From a virus: 64,000 nt of DNA. The stretch covers positions 1-64,000 of IMG/VR virus record IMGVR_UViG_3300037516_001783; one strand, 5' to 3'. The position numbers and the translations under genes are program-made. Positions 47,072-55,412 of this stretch are shown in pieces. Position 1 is the first letter of the stretch. The number at the start of each line of letters is the position of its first letter. A model generated the notes under the pieces. That model searched no databases. It was not told the origin of the DNA and saw nothing but the letters and a program-made list of their open reading frames with translations.

Positions 47072-48637
47072 TTATTCAAACGGATTCTCACTATCATCTG
47101 TTGGCATATCAGAATAATCTTCTTCACCATCTTCAGGTTGTACTTCACCACCTTCTTGTTCACCACCCATACCCATTTGTTGTGCAGCCATTTTGAATTG
47201 TGAGTAAGTACTTGACATAACATTATCTGCAGCTGGGTCTTTAATTTTTGGATAACCAAGTTCTTCTCTAACTTCATTTAAAGTTGCAAAGTTGGTTACT
47301 TTCTTAACTGCCATATCCAATTCCTCTGACTGACTTAATGCATCTATTCCAACGAACGATAAATAATAATCCTTATCTAATTGGTTTACCACATATTTAT
47401 TTAGTCTGGAAGCTATGAATTTTAAAAGTGGGTATAAACCTTTGTCCTTACTATGTTTTAATTTACCTTCATTATTACTTTCAAATAATGCTCTGTTTTC
47501 AGCTCCACCACTTTGTGAGAAACCTATTTCTTCTGGAGATATACAGTAAATTGCACAAGCTGTTTTGATAAGGTAATCTTGCCAAGCCTTAAACTCCATG
47601 TCTTTATTGGCAGTTTGAAGGTTGATGAATTCCATCTTTCCAGCTTCCATAACAGGAGTCTTCCAAGCATTATGAACTCCAGAAACCATTGCTTGCCACT
47701 GTTGTTTAAATTCTTGGATTTTTGCTGGTGAAACTGAACCGTCTACACGAATAATACCTTTAGGTGCTGAACCTTGTGAGAAGAATCTTCTGTTATACTC
47801 ATCTGACCATAACATAGAAGTTATTGTTGTTACAAGTTCTTCAAGTTCTGAAACTCCGTAACCAAAATTATGAATATCACTTTCTGGATTTCTAACACCA
47901 AAACATAATTCCCAAGGATAAAAATCTGCTACAACCTGACCATTGTCTACTTGACAAAATGACGGATAATAACCTTTGATTTTTTCTTTGTTTTGGTTTT
48001 GATAACTATCATCATCAACACTATCAGATATCCTAAAAGTAGATGCGTCTGTGGCAATGAATTCTATTGGTAAACCTTTTCTGTTGTAAATAACCTCAAA
48101 AGTCAATTGGTCAAAAACTAATGAATCTCTTGTTACTTTTCTTATGAAACTGTCAAAATCATCTGCTTCCCAAGAGTTGTTTGTACCACAATTCAAAATA
48201 AATTGCGTTATTTCATCAACCCTAGCTTGTTCTGCTTTTGTTAATTTTGAGTTTTCCTTACCTCTTTTTAAAATCTTAAATCCTGTACTGAATTTATCCT
48301 TCTGAGGTTCAGCAAATGCGGCAACTTGATTTACCCTTGTCTTAATAATAGCACTAATAACAGGAACTCTTGCCATACGTTTTAAATTGTCGTATGACAT
48401 CCCCATAGCTTTATCCTTGTAACCTAAAGAAGTTGCAAAATCTAATGGGTCAATTAATATAGATTTTCTATCAGAAAGTTCTCTGTTCTCTATGTATTTA
48501 CTTGCGATTGCTTGTGCTTTTACTAACTCATTTGGGTCTGTAGAAGATAGTGCACTGCCAACCAAAGACATTTTCTTAGCTAATATCTTTTCCTCTAAAG
48601 TATTTAAGATGTTTATTTTTTCTATTCTACCCATCAC
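47072..48637 (-). CDS. Portal protein (Herelleviridae-like)
   Basis: AII.TR.NQV..F, RD.L..DQ..FE, VRNP..D....GYG.SELE, YN.RFFSQG..PKGI, DMEF..W..YLI...CAIY.I.P.EI, SK.KGL.PLL.FI, T.NE.R. Confidence 0.92.
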   Translation of the reverse strand: MMGRIEKINILNTLEEKILAKKMSLVGSALSSTDPNELVKAQAIASKYIENRELSDRKSILIDPLDFATSLGYKDKAMGMSYDNLKRMARVPVISAIIKTRVNQVAAFAEPQKDKFSTGFKILKRGKENSKLTKAEQARVDEITQFILNCGTNNSWEADDFDSFIRKVTRDSLVFDQLTFEVIYNRKGLPIEFIATDASTFRISDSVDDDSYQNQNKEKIKGYYPSFCQVDNGQVVADFYPWELCFGVRNPESDIHNFGYGVSELEELVTTITSMLWSDEYNRRFFSQGSAPKGIIRVDGSVSPAKIQEFKQQWQAMVSGVHNAWKTPVMEAGKMEFINLQTANKDMEFKAWQDYLIKTACAIYCISPEEIGFSQSGGAENRALFESNNEGKLKHSKDKGLYPLLKFIASRLNKYVVNQLDKDYYLSFVGIDALSQSEELDMAVKKVTNFATLNEVREELGYPKIKDPAADNVMSSTYSQFKMAAQQMGMGGEQEGGEVQPEDGEEDYSDMPTDDSENPFE

Positions 48638-48684
48638 AGTTAATTAAAAACAAAACACAGTAAAATTCACCTGTTTTAAAAAAT

Positions 48685-48693
48685 ATAACTGTT
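48685..48693 (-). promoter_or_regulatory. Candidate late promoter AACAGTTAT
   Basis: Lies between a hairpin (48709-48740) and the portal start. Confidence 0.55.
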
Positions 48694-48708
48694 TGTATGG
48701 AAACAATT

Positions 48709-48740
48709 ATTAAGGGATGTTAATAACAACACCCCTTAAT
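48709..48740 (-). terminator. Probable intrinsic terminator
   Basis: ATTAAGGG ... CCCTTAAT inverted repeat after the 163-aa gene. Confidence 0.55.
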
Positions 48741-48754
48741 TTAAAATAATTTGA

Positions 48755-49246
48755 CTATTGGATTGTAACTTTTAACATTTCAATAATGTCTTCCATCTCC
48801 TTAATTTTAAGATTGACAGTATTTACTCTACATTCGTCGTCAGCAACTAATTGGTATTTTTTCACACCACCTTTTAACCTATCCTCAACACTTTTAGCTT
48901 CACCTGTGATGATGTAACCGTATTGGTCTAAAAATGCAATTTTTGTTAATAAATCCTCTTTTGATTCTGAACACTTTTTCAGTAAATCTTTTACTTCAAA
49001 CCATTCATTACCAACAATATTGTGTAAGTTGTAAAATAAAGCAAAAGCTTTCGATTTATTATCTCTAAGGTATTCCATGTGTGAATACTTAGCTACAGAA
49101 TCTTCAACAACTTCTAAAACATCAGCAAAATTTCTAATAACTTCTACAGGTGATAAACCTGTAGACTTTAATTCAGGAAGTTCTGGAGAGGTCATTAAAA
49201 ACTCACCTGATTCTTGCTTTTCAATACTTAAATTAATTTTGTTCAT
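48755..49246 (-). CDS. HicB-like N-terminal domain fused to a winged-helix-like domain
   Basis: IEKQESGEFLMTSPELPELKSTG.SP.E...N..DVL resembles HicB; downstream helix-helix-L.QYGYI. Confidence 0.5.
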   Translation of the reverse strand: MNKINLSIEKQESGEFLMTSPELPELKSTGLSPVEVIRNFADVLEVVEDSVAKYSHMEYLRDNKSKAFALFYNLHNIVGNEWFEVKDLLKKCSESKEDLLTKIAFLDQYGYIITGEAKSVEDRLKGGVKKYQLVADDECRVNTVNLKIKEMEDIIEMLKVTIQ

Positions 49247-50195
49247 CTTTTAATATATTAGACAATGTGAATTCACCTTTGTAAGTGAATGTATTTAATT
49301 TTGACTTAAATTCCTCCTGTAATTGTAATTGATGTTGTTCTGATAACCAACAAGTTTTCAATTGCATTAATTTAGCATTCCTATAAACTTTTTCAGCAAG
49401 AGCAACTTCATCTTTCTTAAATTTGAAGTGTGCATTTATCAATAAAGCAATGAACTCAATATATCCACTATCCCAGAATTCACAACCCAATAGTGAATTT
49501 TCATTCGCTTTTTGTACAATTCCTTCTGCCGTTTTATCACCCATTCCTGTACAGATATTCGGGACATTATCACCACCATCACCAACTAATATTTTCTTTA
49601 ATGTGAACTCGTTGTTATTAACTTCTATGTATTTAACCTTATCTGAATTTTTAAGTTGTACCATCTTACCTTTAGCATGATACAATTTCAAATTAGAGCT
49701 GTTATTACAATAAACAAAATTGTTACCTGTAACAGACTGAACCATATCAGCGTCTCCAGTAACAATTATTTGTGAATCACTTTTACTGTTCTTAGCGAGT
49801 TGTTCAACCCAATAAACTAACAGGTCATCACCTTCTAAACCTTCTATGCTTGAAATGATAAATCCTCTGGTTGACATAAACCTTTTGAATTTATCCATTA
49901 TAGCATAAAAGTTCTTCCAACCTTCTTCATCTGAAGGGTCTTTTATTTTATTTTTGTATTCTGGGTAGTACTCTTTTCTCCAAGATTTACCTAAGTCAAA
50001 AACAATTACAATCCTACCTATTTCTGTAAAATTATTGATTGCGTAACAACAATCAGTGATACATTTTCTGAAGAAAATACCTTGTTGTTCTTTTGTTTGA
50101 AGTGCATCTGTTAAGGTAGCATCTTGTCCCCAACCCTTTAATACACTAACACTTTTATGGAATAAATAATTCCCATCAATAATTATATTGTTCAT
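49233..50195 (-). CDS. 5'-3' exonuclease / flap endonuclease (T4 RNase H, Pol I N-terminal family)
   Basis: IIIDGN, VFD...SWRK..YP.YK, EGDD, TGDAD, GD.GDNVP, G.G.KTA. Confidence 0.92.
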   Translation of the reverse strand: MNNIIIDGNYLFHKSVSVLKGWGQDATLTDALQTKEQQGIFFRKCITDCCYAINNFTEIGRIVIVFDLGKSWRKEYYPEYKNKIKDPSDEEGWKNFYAIMDKFKRFMSTRGFIISSIEGLEGDDLLVYWVEQLAKNSKSDSQIIVTGDADMVQSVTGNNFVYCNNSSNLKLYHAKGKMVQLKNSDKVKYIEVNNNEFTLKKILVGDGGDNVPNICTGMGDKTAEGIVQKANENSLLGCEFWDSGYIEFIALLINAHFKFKKDEVALAEKVYRNAKLMQLKTCWLSEQHQLQLQEEFKSKLNTFTYKGEFTLSNILKDEQN

Positions 50196-50207
50196 TAAAT
50201 GATTAAA

Positions 50208-51245
50208 TTAATAAAGTAAGAATGAGTTGTCTCTTTCACCAACATTTATTTTTGACCTTTGTTTACCAACACCAACTTTCATTTTCCAATACTTTTGGTA
50301 TTCACATAACATCATTTCTATATTGTGTAATGTAAGTTCACCTGTTTCAGAAACTTCATATACCTTTTTAACCTTGTTCCAAGTTGTATATTTAAAATCT
50401 TCAACTTGTTCGTTAAACATGTCTCTTAGTAAACCTATGCCACCAATTATTTCCTTTTCTTGTAAGCTTGGAAAAATTAATCTCAACCCAACTTTACATC
50501 CTGGACCGACATTGGTGAAATCATTTTGGTCAAATTTGAACTTGAAATTCTTACAGTAAATTGTTATGTAAGTTAAGTCTTGATATAATTCATGACTAAC
50601 AAAATGTGAAACAGAAGATATCGTTTCAAAACATTTTATCAATGGTTTTACATCATTTCCTTTAGCAAGAGTTTCTATTTTACTTAACAACGAAATCATC
50701 TTTGGGATAACCTTATTACAGAAATGCCAATCTCTTGTATGACCTATAGAACCTACGCTGTTTGTACAGTATGCATTTGTAAAAGGATTCCCACCAGACA
50801 TCCTAAATTCCTTCAAAAGTTCTTCAAAAACAATTGGGTCATATTCTTCTGGTGTTGGGATACCTCTGTATGGAGAGTTCTTAATTAACCAAGAAAACAA
50901 CAAATTGTTGTTAAAGAATTTAAAGAAGAACATGTAATAATACAACAACTTTATATCATCATTTGCATACGTAATTGCAGAACCTTTTAAATTTTTAGTA
51001 TCAAAAGGTATCATTATTTTACTAATCAAGAATTGACTTTCCCTGTCTAATTCCCTGTAAACATTTGTGAATTTGTTGTTTAATAGAATTTGGTCTTTAG
51101 TCCAAGGTTTTGGTTCTTTTAAAAACCTTTTGAACCAAATATCTTGCCTCTCTTTAACTACGTAGAAAAATTCTTCTAAATTCTCTTGACAGACATCTAA
51201 ATCTTCTGAAGGCAAGAACTTCTCAAATGTATGAGGTTTTTTCAT
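50208..51245 (-). CDS. aGPT-Pplase1 / 5hmdU-DNA kinase helical-domain protein (thymidine hypermodification)
   Basis: ERQ.IW..R....PWT.D.IL...KFTNVYRELDR, F...ELY.DL.Y, VGPG...GL, IE..LCEY.KY.K. Confidence 0.8.
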   Translation of the reverse strand: MKKPHTFEKFLPSEDLDVCQENLEEFFYVVKERQDIWFKRFLKEPKPWTKDQILLNNKFTNVYRELDRESQFLISKIMIPFDTKNLKGSAITYANDDIKLLYYYMFFFKFFNNNLLFSWLIKNSPYRGIPTPEEYDPIVFEELLKEFRMSGGNPFTNAYCTNSVGSIGHTRDWHFCNKVIPKMISLLSKIETLAKGNDVKPLIKCFETISSVSHFVSHELYQDLTYITIYCKNFKFKFDQNDFTNVGPGCKVGLRLIFPSLQEKEIIGGIGLLRDMFNEQVEDFKYTTWNKVKKVYEVSETGELTLHNIEMMLCEYQKYWKMKVGVGKQRSKINVGERDNSFLLY

Positions 51246-51583
51246 TATTTCAAAATAAATTTAATCCTTTTATCAGAAGATTTCATTTTATCTTCTACAA
51301 ATTTTTGAACTGCTAAAACAGATTCATAACTAAGGAATGTGTTTGTATTCACACCAGAATAAGTTTCTGGTAATTCACTATCGTCTACATAAAGTTTCTT
51401 ATGTGACAATGAACAAACAACAGGTTGTTTTAATTTGTTTACTTTACTAACAACTTGTATTGGATAGTAAGAATGAACTAAATGTAAAACGAATTTAAGC
51501 GATTTACTATCTTCGTATTTCTTATGTAATTCTGAAACTAATCTTTCAACCTCTTCAACTTTATCAACTTCTTCTTGAAACAT
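51245..51583 (-). CDS. Hypothetical protein
   Basis: ORF track; preceded by a TAnnTTTG element. Confidence 0.55.
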   Translation of the reverse strand: MFQEEVDKVEEVERLVSELHKKYEDSKSLKFVLHLVHSYYPIQVVSKVNKLKQPVVCSLSHKKLYVDDSELPETYSGVNTNTFLSYESVLAVQKFVEDKMKSSDKRIKFILK

Positions 51584-51598
51584 ATCATTGTTTTTTCA

Positions 51599-51606
51599 CA
51601 AAAATA
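51599..51606 (-). promoter_or_regulatory. Bacteroidota-type -7 element TATTTTTG
   Basis: TAnnTTTG match 16 nt before ATG 51583. Confidence 0.5.
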
Positions 51607-51610
51607 CCTG

Positions 51611-51742
51611 TTATTTAAAGTAAATCAACTCACAAACAGTAACACCTTTGATGTGCATTACCTTCAGAACTGCGTTACTTAATCTATGGACGTTGTTATT
51701 TTCTACCTTAACAACGTCCTTCTTTTTTACTATTTTAGACAT
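51611..51742 (-). CDS. Small hypothetical protein (43 aa)
   Basis: Hand translation MSKIVKKKDVVKVENNNVHRLSNAV...; overlaps the upstream stop codon. Confidence 0.35.
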   Translation of the reverse strand: MSKIVKKKDVVKVENNNVHRLSNAVLKVMHIKGVTVCELIYFK

Positions 51743-51992
51743 CTTTACAATTTTCTCTGAAGACTCTACCTTCAAGTTCACAAACTTTAAATTTATAAGC
51801 TTGTTTGTTTCCTACAATCACCTTACCACTTTCCAAAATATGTGATTCTTGTTTTTTATGTAAGATAATGGTATCATTCAAGCTTAGACTTTTAAAATTC
51901 ACAGTAAGATTTAGTGATTTATAAAACGTCAACCAATTAACATATTCTTTAGGACATTCAATTGGTAAATCAACATAAACAACTTTACTCAC
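51735..51992 (-). CDS. Hypothetical protein
   Basis: ORF track; coupled overlaps with neighbours. Confidence 0.5.
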   Translation of the reverse strand: MSKVVYVDLPIECPKEYVNWLTFYKSLNLTVNFKSLSLNDTIILHKKQESHILESGKVIVGNKQAYKFKVCELEGRVFRENCKDV

Positions 51993-52410
51993 TTTTTTCC
52001 TTTTTAACTCTTTTGGTTTTGTTTACTTCTTTGTCTAAAATCTTCATTTGATTTTCATCAACGAACCTTACATTACCATTTTGGATTTCATCTAAACATA
52101 ATTGAAACATGTCTTTTATGTTAAAAAGTTCCTCCTCCATATCCTTGATTTTGATGAACCTATTAAGTTTATTCCTCATCATCAAGTATTTCCTATTGAG
52201 TTCAATGAAGTCCTTTTTTATGTCTTTCAATTCCTTTGATTTGAAATCCTGTTGTAAGGCAACTGCTAAATGTTCTAAACCGTATTCAACACAAACAGCA
52301 GAATTAATGAAGTTCATTCTATTCTTAGAAATAGACTCATTAATTTCTTCTAAATTAGAATTCTTGTTTTCTAAAATAGTTTTTATTTTTGAACCTAAAT
52401 TACTACTCAT
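51985..52410 (-). CDS. Hypothetical protein (helical)
   Basis: ORF track. Confidence 0.55.
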   Translation of the reverse strand: MSSNLGSKIKTILENKNSNLEEINESISKNRMNFINSAVCVEYGLEHLAVALQQDFKSKELKDIKKDFIELNRKYLMMRNKLNRFIKIKDMEEELFNIKDMFQLCLDEIQNGNVRFVDENQMKILDKEVNKTKRVKKEKSE

Positions 52411-53524
52411 ATTCCTCTCTGTTTATATTGATGATTACAGGGAATCTTGGAATTCCATCAGGAGTTAAGTTCTGATATTTACAAGTAGCAGATTTACCAA
52501 TGAAATCTTTTTTCTTTAACAACAACATTTTGTAATATTCTCTATCACCTTTAATGTTGGAGTTGAAAACCTTTCCAGTCACCCTATCCTTTAAAACGAT
52601 ACCTCCAGCCATTCCTGCTCTTTCACCGTTACCTTCTTCTACATCAACAATTTCGAACTCCTCAGTAATCATTTCCTTTCTTTTTAACAAAGACTTACTT
52701 CTGTTATTTTCGTAGGCTGATAATGACGCTCTAACCATTTGACCTTCATAACCTTCTTCCAAGAATTTACCGTAAAGTTCATCAAGATGTTCGTCTGATT
52801 CAACTTCAATGGTTTCAACCAACTTTAAATATTTGAAATCGTGTTTTTCAAATATCATTTCTAACAGCTGGAATCTTTCAACAAAAGAAACGTGTTTATG
52901 TTCTGGTAATTGTATGTCGTAGATGTGGTATTCTAAAAATTCTTCTGAGATTTGTAAGTCAGATTCAGAAGGTTTTGTTTTCTTAGCGTAAGAAATGATT
53001 TTGTTAAAATCTTCTTTTAAAATGTGGTTGTAAATTTCACCGTCGATAACACAAGGTAAATTAATTTCCTCCTCCAGGATAGCAAGTTCTTTATCAAAAT
53101 GAGGAACAGAAATTACAGGTTTACCACCTCTACTGAATTTACCGTTTTCATTTTTCACCATCCTCATACCATCCAATTTAGGCTGGCAGTGTCTTCTTTT
53201 ACCTATTAGAGAACCTTTCATTTTCTCATATTCGAAGGCTAACATAGGAGCAACCATTTCTAATTTAGCAACGTCAATTAAGCTTAAACTGTGGGTGTAA
53301 CCATTGTCTAACTTCTTAACTTGTTTTGCTCTTGCTTCCAATTGGGCTTGTTCTTCTGGTGAAGTTTCATTGCTTCTACCGATATTTTTACCTTTACAAA
53401 CTGTCCAAGCAGAAGTGGTTCTAACACCTTCAATCTGACCTTCTACAGTTCTGTATTTATTACCTTCTACGATAATTTCCCAAACTTGGATGGCTCCAGT
53501 TTTAGTTCTTTTATATAACTCCAT
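52403..53524 (-). CDS. ATP-dependent DNA ligase
   Basis: PMLA, QPKLDGMR (KxDG), SR.GK, DGEIY, YD, GYEGQMVR, RSKSLLKRK, G.PRFP. Confidence 0.93.
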   Translation of the reverse strand: MELYKRTKTGAIQVWEIIVEGNKYRTVEGQIEGVRTTSAWTVCKGKNIGRSNETSPEEQAQLEARAKQVKKLDNGYTHSLSLIDVAKLEMVAPMLAFEYEKMKGSLIGKRRHCQPKLDGMRMVKNENGKFSRGGKPVISVPHFDKELAILEEEINLPCVIDGEIYNHILKEDFNKIISYAKKTKPSESDLQISEEFLEYHIYDIQLPEHKHVSFVERFQLLEMIFEKHDFKYLKLVETIEVESDEHLDELYGKFLEEGYEGQMVRASLSAYENNRSKSLLKRKEMITEEFEIVDVEEGNGERAGMAGGIVLKDRVTGKVFNSNIKGDREYYKMLLLKKKDFIGKSATCKYQNLTPDGIPRFPVIININREEYE

Positions 53525-53640
53525 GATTAAATAATTGATTAATTGAATTTTTTAAAACGCTGTTTAATACAGTAAAATGTCTAACAGATTAATGAAATTA
53601 AATGCAAGACAAACAACGCTTACGAAGAGAGTACCTATTA

Positions 53641-53688
53641 CAAATATAATGTTCATAATTTTCTAACTGATTTAACACTACAAAAATA
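53641..53688 (-). promoter_or_regulatory. Two Bacteroidota-type -7 elements (TATATTTG, TATTTTTG)
   Basis: Plus-strand CAAATATA at 53641-53648 and CAAAAATA at 53681-53688, in the gap upstream of the ligase. Confidence 0.5.
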
Positions 53689-53737
53689 GTGGTTTTAAAA
53701 TCAATTAGAAAATTATGTTTAATTAGAAAAGACCGTT

Positions 53738-54907
53738 TTATAGGTTTTTCAATGCATTTATCAACCTTAAAGCTACTTTTGTTGTATCCATTTTTCTGGC
53801 GAATTTCTGACCATTGTCTTGAATCTGTTTCAATTCTAAACTGTCTTTTTCACCTTTGAACCAATTTATGTATTCTGCTACATTTTCTAACTCAAACTGA
53901 ACACAACAATCTTCTGGGATAACATTATCAGGGTCTTCAAAGACATTTCTTTCTATCATAGAAATTGTCCTGTAACATAATGGTTCAAAGTGAGTATAAT
54001 TAGTATATCCACGAGTACTTAAATCTATACTGAATAAACTCTTAGCATAATACTTTTGAAGCAGTTCGAACGGCACATGACCGTACATATTATGAATAGC
54101 ATTAGGATTATGAACAATGATTTCACTTTTGTCAAAATTAGGGTCATCTTGAAAGTTAATCTTACTCATACGCCAATCTTCTTTTATGTTATTAAGAAAC
54201 TCATCTGTTTTCTTAATGTAATGGTATTCAATACCAACACCAAACATATTGATAGGAACTTCTACTTTGTCAATTTGTTTGAATAACTTATCATGATTTT
54301 TCCAACCAATCCATTGAGTTGCTAACATACCAATTTCTTGTTTTCTGTTAAGCTTCAATTTATCAATAGGTTCAAAATCTATAGGAAAGTAATCCCAATA
54401 CTTAACACAATCTGCTGGGAATCTTTCTACTGAATGACTGAATTTCTTTTGAGAAGAAACACAAATGTCAATGTAATCAGCTACATCTGCTGCCCAAGGA
54501 TTTGTCTTTTCCCAATTTGCGTCATGATAGATAACAACTTTAGGAGGAGTTGGTTCTGTGTATAACAATTTCCAGTTTTCAATGTCTGCTCTACCAAGAT
54601 TATCTTTAGTAGGGTGAGGAGAATTCTTACAGAAAATTATAGCGTCAAATTTATTAAGAGTTTCAATAGAATCTGCTATGTTTTGCATTGTATAACTCAG
54701 GTGATGTCCAGCTAACTGATAATCATCTAATTTCTTCACATCATTTTCACTATCACAAGTGAATCTGTTGGTTGGAGTTGCATAAAAGAATGTAGGTTCT
54801 ACACCGTTTCTTCTTAAACCCTTTTGAATTTCTTTATTCCACGTAACAATACCTCCTGCATTGTTTATAGGAAAGAAAATCATTGCTACTTTTTCTATTT
54901 TCCTCAT
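53738..54907 (-). CDS. GT-B glycosyltransferase-like protein (candidate DNA-modifying)
   Basis: GGIVTW...I...L...G, VIYHD, WK, G.VP..L...YA, YTHFE pattern of the GT-B fold. Confidence 0.65.
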   Translation of the reverse strand: MRKIEKVAMIFFPINNAGGIVTWNKEIQKGLRRNGVEPTFFYATPTNRFTCDSENDVKKLDDYQLAGHHLSYTMQNIADSIETLNKFDAIIFCKNSPHPTKDNLGRADIENWKLLYTEPTPPKVVIYHDANWEKTNPWAADVADYIDICVSSQKKFSHSVERFPADCVKYWDYFPIDFEPIDKLKLNRKQEIGMLATQWIGWKNHDKLFKQIDKVEVPINMFGVGIEYHYIKKTDEFLNNIKEDWRMSKINFQDDPNFDKSEIIVHNPNAIHNMYGHVPFELLQKYYAKSLFSIDLSTRGYTNYTHFEPLCYRTISMIERNVFEDPDNVIPEDCCVQFELENVAEYINWFKGEKDSLELKQIQDNGQKFARKMDTTKVALRLINALKNL

Positions 54908-54908
54908 C

Positions 54909-55340
54909 TTAATTAAAGAATTGTTTTACTTCTCTCACTTTTCTATTTAACATTGCTATCTCTAACAATTTAATTGACTTTGTTAAGTCCATTTTACCTT
55001 CAGTATCTGTTACCAGAACTAATTCTTCAGAAGTGTAGTTAGAAAGGAAATCTATTGATTCTACCCAAGACTTAAGAATATCAATTTCTATTGTTCTGTA
55101 ACCTGATAACAAATCTTTATCTGAAGTTGTAAGCTTTATAAAGTGTTTTAACCTTACATCTGCGTAGAACTTCGTTATGATGTCAGTAGCTTTAATTGCA
55201 ACCTCTTTTTCACAACCTTTATCACATTCAGGACATAATTTATCGTACTGTAAACTTAGTTCCTTGAAGTGCGAATCAACAGTTTCTGATATCACCTTGA
55301 TATCAAATAAGAACTTGTAATATAACATTGAAAATGCCAT
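54909..55340 (-). CDS. Hypothetical protein
   Basis: ORF track; CPECDKGC motif. Confidence 0.5.
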   Translation of the reverse strand: MAFSMLYYKFLFDIKVISETVDSHFKELSLQYDKLCPECDKGCEKEVAIKATDIITKFYADVRLKHFIKLTTSDKDLLSGYRTIEIDILKSWVESIDFLSNYTSEELVLVTDTEGKMDLTKSIKLLEIAMLNRKVREVKQFFN

Positions 55341-55364
55341 GATTTTTATTTTTTTATGGTTAAA

Positions 55365-55409
55365 AAGTGTGGATTAACTTCAAAAAACTCTGTTAGTTAA
55401 TCCACACTT
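55365..55409 (-). terminator. Intrinsic terminator
   Basis: AAGTGTGGATTAACT ... AGTTAATCCACACTT 15-bp inverted repeat. Confidence 0.75.
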
Positions 55410-55412
55410 AAA

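Noticed and set aside
47062-47277. Alternate-frame minus-strand ORFs (also 22117..22410 and 42133..42330)
   Set aside because: They are nested in low-complexity parts of larger genes and show composition typical of off-frame reads.
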